Assembly (NCBI GenBank): GCA_008632985.1
Contig: QPGO01000031.1
Coordinates: 558,001-619,558 of the forward strand
Reading direction: 5' to 3'
DNA from: Psammoneis japonica
Taxonomy: Eukaryota
Length of the DNA stretch: 61,558 nucleotides
In this document: piece by piece, positions 56,875-61,558 of the stretch
How positions within the stretch are numbered: the stretch's first letter is position 1
How the letters are laid out: every line of letters begins with the position of its first letter
Position numbers and translations under genes: made by a program
Notes under the pieces: generated by a model
The model's input: only the letters and a program-made list of their open reading frames with translations
Told to the model about the DNA's origin: nothing
The model's database searches: none

Positions 56875-58030
56875 AATGGAATGTTTCGATTAGATCAGCA
56901 CATTGCGCAGAAATCTGCACATGCGTCACACAACGTCGAATGGATTTTAACCAACAAACCAAGAAACGCGAATGCAACCGTCACAGAAAACGTAGCAATG
57001 GAGAAAACATGGATTTGCAACAACAAACAAAGAAGGCAGACGAGCCAAAGAAAACTGGTGAGGACAAGAAAAAGGTGCAGACACGTGCGGAACTTCTTCA
57101 GTCATTGATGAATGAGGAAGACGAAGAGGAGATTGCCTTGGAAGAAGCAAGAGCGGCGTTTGACCTTGCTTCGGGAAATTTTGATGTCACTTCTGCACTT
57201 GTGCAAGACAACACTGACAGTGGACAGTCATCATGTGGAAACAACAGTCGCGCCCAAGGATGATTCAACCATGGAGGAGCTAAAGGCAGCATGTGCAGCG
57301 GCGATTCCACAGCGGTCGGGGAGATTTTTCACCGAGGAGGAGATGGCGGAGCAGGAGAAGGAGCAAGCAAAGTCCCTTCAGAAGAAGTGTGGCCAGAAAG
57401 AATGGAATTGAGCAAATTACAAACAACTGTTTGGCAAAGACAACCGCATCAACACTTAAAATGCATGCACATGGACTTTCACTTGAGCCGCCGCGGATTG
57501 AGTGTGGCCACAAATGAGGACCAACTGTTTGGCAAAGAAACTGTGACAATGCGTAAATTTCGTACATTTCCACATTCACTTAATCCAACGCAGCTTGCCT
57601 TGGACAACATCAACATGCACAACTGGACAACATCAATGTGCACAGACAGCCTCATGAAACCTCACAGAAGACAGAACGGTCAGAAGCAAAACAACCAGCA
57701 CCACGCACNGCATGTTGGTCATGTCGCGTGGGTCGCGCAAAAGTGCGCACCGAAATGACCGTCATGTGTTGTAATTAATTCGAACGCCCGGCGCAAAATG
57801 CAGCAAAATGATTGGTGCAGGCAATCGTCATGGCTCTATTTTCTGACAGTAGCGAGGGCGGCAATCCAAAATCTTTCGGTTTCAGACTTCGATCTAGAGA
57901 GTTCCACCTAAAAAAGAGGAGGAACCAATTTGTTTCCCGCCATATCACGCGCAAGTGGATGATGATTCGCGCGGAGCCTCACATCTCTCCACCCTCGCTC
58001 AGCCGCGCAAAGCCAGAAAATCAAACAACC

Positions 58031-58606
58031 ATGGCCACTTGCGTTTGTAGTTTGAGCGGCGAGACGGGTTCTTCCGTATCAGGGGTGTTGAAACTTGTAC
58101 AGTCAAGTGAAGATGCACCCACCACCATTGAAGGCGAGCTTCGAGGCTTGACACCGGGAAAGCACGGCATTACAGTCAATGTGTACGGCGACCTTTCTCA
58201 AGGCGCTACTACATGCGGAGAGATTTTCAACCCATTTGGTGAGAATTATATTGCGGTCTGTGCGAATCGTGCTTGTCTTCATCATTGTGTCGTAGCTTAT
58301 GATCCTTTTGTGTTTTGTTTCTGAACAGGCAAATCACACGGATCACCACAAGACGATCCGAGCAATCGCATGGTGGGTGATTTGGGAAACATTGACGCTG
58401 GATCGGATGGAAAGTGTGCCGTGTCGTTGTCGGATTCACTCGTGAAATTGTTGGGGCCCCATTCCGTCATTGGAAGGTCGATTGTCGTGTATACTTCTGC
58501 GGATGATGGTGGACGTGGCGGCCAACCGTCGTCACTTACAACCGGCAACACTGGAACACGAGTAGCTGCCGGTGTGATTGGAATTGCCGCAGCTGCGGCG
58601 CCATGA
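58031..58606 (+). CDS. Cu/Zn superoxide dismutase-fold protein lacking most metal ligands, 2 exons (intron 58239-58328)
   Basis: GLTPGKHG, GDLS.G, FNPFGKSHG, VGDLGNI, GPHSVIGRSIVV, DDGGRGG and TGNTGTRVAAGVIG. The GT-AG intron splices in frame. Confidence 0.88.
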
Positions 58607-59404
58607 GGTGGGAGAAACGATTGTTTAAATAAGGATCAACATGGTAGACTTGAAAGGGTTTTGTCTGACATTATGGCTACTGTCCTGAAGCAGATTAGAA
58701 TAAGGAGTACTTTTTAGCGAGTGAGAATGGCCACCAACGGTCTGATTTATAAATCGTCAAGAACCCGGCCGCCAAAGCTCTGCATCCAACATCAAATGTT
58801 GGATTCTTTTGCACTGATGTGAGCAGGTAGTTTTGAAACTTTCAGTACTCGCGTCGCATTGTTCAACGCCTTACTCTTAGGTCCTACACCAGCACTTTCA
58901 CAGTACATCAGCCCGAGGCCTTCCTCGCCTAGATTCTTCATAGAGGTGGCGTTTCAAACAACGGGCTTGTTTGGGCTCGTCTAGAAAAAATCGAGAGGCA
59001 CTGTCCATACAATTCTTTCTCCCTCCGCAAGGAAATTCCCCCAAAGGATCGCCTATTCTTCTTCTTGTTGGTTCTCGTTTTAACGCAGAGCGGCGGCGTC
59101 TCCATTGTTGACAGCGCTAAAGTGAGCAAACTGGTTCGCGGGAGGAACGTAGTCTTCTCGATGCCCACCTTATATTGCTGTCCGCATACTTAGACTGGCA
59201 TCCACATACAAAGGTTTCGGGCAGGCTTGAAACTGTGGATTGAATCGTTTCGAGCGGCACAAAACGTGCACGCGGCATCTCCAGCTAAAGATAAAGGTGC
59301 GAATGGAGTCACCAAGATTCTTGAGAGAGTCGGCATTCACCGCAGTGTCCCCGTCAAGACTGCTGATTGCCAGAATTCCCCATGTGCATTGACCTCCGTC
59401 ATTC

Positions 59405-59481
59405 NNNNNNNNNNNNNNNNNNNNNNNNNNNNNNNNNNNNNNNNNNNNNNNNNNNNNNNNNNNNNNNNNNNNNNNNNNNNN
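59405..59481. other. Assembly gap
   Basis: Run of N. Confidence 0.99.
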
Positions 59482-61558
59482 GTACGGTGTCCATTCCCTC
59501 GTGGGCAATTTTTTCATTGCTTATCAAAACCAGTCCCACTTCGGGTTTAAATGTCTTGTATTGTTCGGTCCATCTGTTATGAAAGCGAGTGCCGCCACCC
59601 TCACGTTGATAGAAGCATGAAACGAATCCCCGCGTTCGCAAATGGGAGATTTTTCTCAAGATCTGCGAAAACAGACAACATTCGATTGATTTACAGCAGC
59701 AGTGATGAAAATGCATGCTCACGTAAAGGCAATCGAAAGCAAAAGATGAAGAAAAGGATCTACCTGGCAGGAGATTCTCGACATCTTTTTGGGCGAGAAA
59801 AAGAAATGCCTCAGGCTTGCGCCACCTCTAGAGTGGACAAATGCGCTCATTCCGCCCCTGCGAAAGGATCTTTCCCGTATGAACGTCAATTCTCTTCCTT
59901 CGCAACAGAGGGAGCCACAGGTGTCCACGGCAGTGGAGGCACATTCGATGCGAATAAAGTAAGGCAGAGTGCATCAAGATCCGTTCTAACCGAGAGCCAA
60001 TGATGGTAGCCTCCCCAATAGCTTCATTCTCGTCTCCCGGAAATTCAATGTTGGAAAAGCCTTCTCTATTAGCTACCATTGACCATGTGCCATCGAAGGA
60101 GAGAATCCAGGGAGCCCTAAAAGACTAGTCCTCTCATCTTTTGCGGTTGGCTAGAGGCAAGAACACCAAAACACATTCGGGTTGAGGAGCTGTTCCGTAG
60201 TCTTGCGAGAAAGTGGACCACTGGCATGTGGTACGACTTTGAACTTATCTATACTGAACCAAATCGACGCTACTGCGGTCTCTAGAATAGGAGACAATGT
60301 CAAAGGGACACTGCCGTTTGTGCGTGGCACGCCGGTCCGGCACAATAAGAGGCCCGTGTGGAATCTTGATTCGTGCGATCGCCAAGGATCTACCGGTAGC
60401 CAATACTGTCTCTGTATCCGACGCTGAAGCTTTTCTTACTAAAACCAGCTAAGACCTTTGCAAGATTGTTAATTCTGAAAACAATATCTGTCCGAAGCCA
60501 TGGTACCTACACCAAGCTTCAGCATCGCAAGAAGTCCCTGCTGTTTGATTCGCCTGCCGATAGAGAGTCAGGTTGTAGGATCCAGGATAGAATTTCAGAT
60601 CATCTGAGAGACAAAGGGCCCGTACGTTAGACGATACAAAAGCCCGTCAAATCATTCACCAAAGTGTAGCGCACAGGCACAGCAAAACAAGAAAACAGGA
60701 AAGACATTCCAAGTTGCTGTTTAAAGTACGCATGCAAAAAGGTCCTAAGCTTTTCACTCCGACAAGAGTCATCCTTTTCTATGGGGCTTTCAAAACTCAA
60801 CGTTCAACTGTATGAAACAAACGCCAAGCAGAAATCGGCCCGTTCTATGCAACGAGATAAGCTGTAAAAGGTTGAACTCACCGCCATCTTCAGGATGAGC
60901 GCCTGTACTCGGTACCGGTAGACACTGAACACTGCGTTAGAACCACTTTGCTTGCTCGGATTCCGAATAGTGAGTGACCGTGGCATGTATATTGGCTATG
61001 GAGATGTCGTCGCGTCGGTTGATAACATGGCATTGCCAATGCCCGAAAGCAGGAGCAGACAACGGCAGGACGGGCATCGCCGACATCATGTTGAAGACTT
61101 GCGATCTACGGATCGGCACGAAAAACGAAAAAATCAAAATCAATATAAACATATATTCAACATCGTAGAAACTTTATGCTGACGAACTTCCCTCCGACGT
61201 CCGACGTCCGACGATCCTTTTTGCCCTCATCGCTCANATCATATAGGTAGCAGAGTGTGTTAACCATGTCTTTACTTGCCACGTTATTGATTGTCCCATG
61301 ACATCATTAAGCTTGGTGACAACAGATGCAGTAGTGGTTGTAACGCATTCACCACTGCATAGGCTCCAACGAAGCAGGCACATGCCTTTGAATTTGGAAA
61401 ACGGAAAATTACAGTGAATGAGCCGAGCTTTCAAAGTGCTCTGCTATTATCGAAACTGCGTGGGGTGGTTTGTTTATTCGAGGGAAATGACAAATTCATG
61501 GACGGTTGTTTGACGATGCTGATACTAACAACAATGGATCCATTAGCTTAAATGAGAC

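Larger units (their letters stand above)
43990..57810 (+). mobile_element. ~14-kb Helitron/Helentron-like element with RepHel and at least 4 cargo genes; termini not identified
   Basis: HUH Rep + Pif1 helicase ORF. Extent is inferred from the continuous TpA-depleted, intronless block between the lipase and SOD-like genes. Confidence 0.75.

Noticed and set aside
21900..57800. Hundreds of overlapping six-frame ORFs as real genes or antisense proteins
   Set aside because: Expected artefact of TAA/TAG loss in TpA-depleted DNA. They carry no independent motifs.
21593..57810. Alternative genetic code (TGY/CAY read as Tyr) or classical RIP
   Set aside because: Adjacent host genes use TAY normally, and replacements go to both Cys and His. 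RIP is C->T and would increase TpA.
43840..57900. Canonical Helitron ends (5' TC, 3' hairpin + CTRR between A and T)
   Set aside because: No convincing hairpin-CTRR-T found. The ctag near 57891 is followed by A, so boundaries are left approximate.
58700..61200. Decayed minus-strand gene spanning the gap
   Set aside because: Several protein-like fragments are present, but they have multiple stops and no recognisable motif, so no product can be supported.

Overview
Eukaryotic genomic DNA, most likely a diatom. This is an inference from the short GT-AG introns, PTxxP-repeat and 'IRGG' signal-peptide proteins, and a CoDi-type copia remnant. Host genes are a TMEM110-like protein, a CCCH-Smr protein, a WW-domain protein, a surface propeller protein, a bacterial-type adenine deaminase, an SMP protein, a cNMP-DUF6909 fusion, a class-3 lipase and a metal-ligand-less Cu/Zn-SOD homologue. 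They are interleaved with mobile DNA: a complete Ngaro/PAT-type tyrosine-recombinase retroelement (A1...B1-A2-B2 repeats) with a nested MITE, a copia remnant, a TA-flanked MITE and a ~14 kb Helitron-like element. Two things stand out. (1) The Helitron-like element carries a compact set of chromatin/DNA-modifying genes: a SET domain, a TET/JBP-like dioxygenase and a DOT1-like methyltransferase. (2) The long repeats, and one host-type gene fragment, are almost stripped of TpA by TpA->TpG/CpA transitions that turn conserved catalytic Tyr into Cys/His, while neighbouring genes and MITEs are untouched. This looks like a RIP-like repeat-directed mutagenesis running in the A:T->G:C direction. All domain calls are by motif recognition only; no searches were run.
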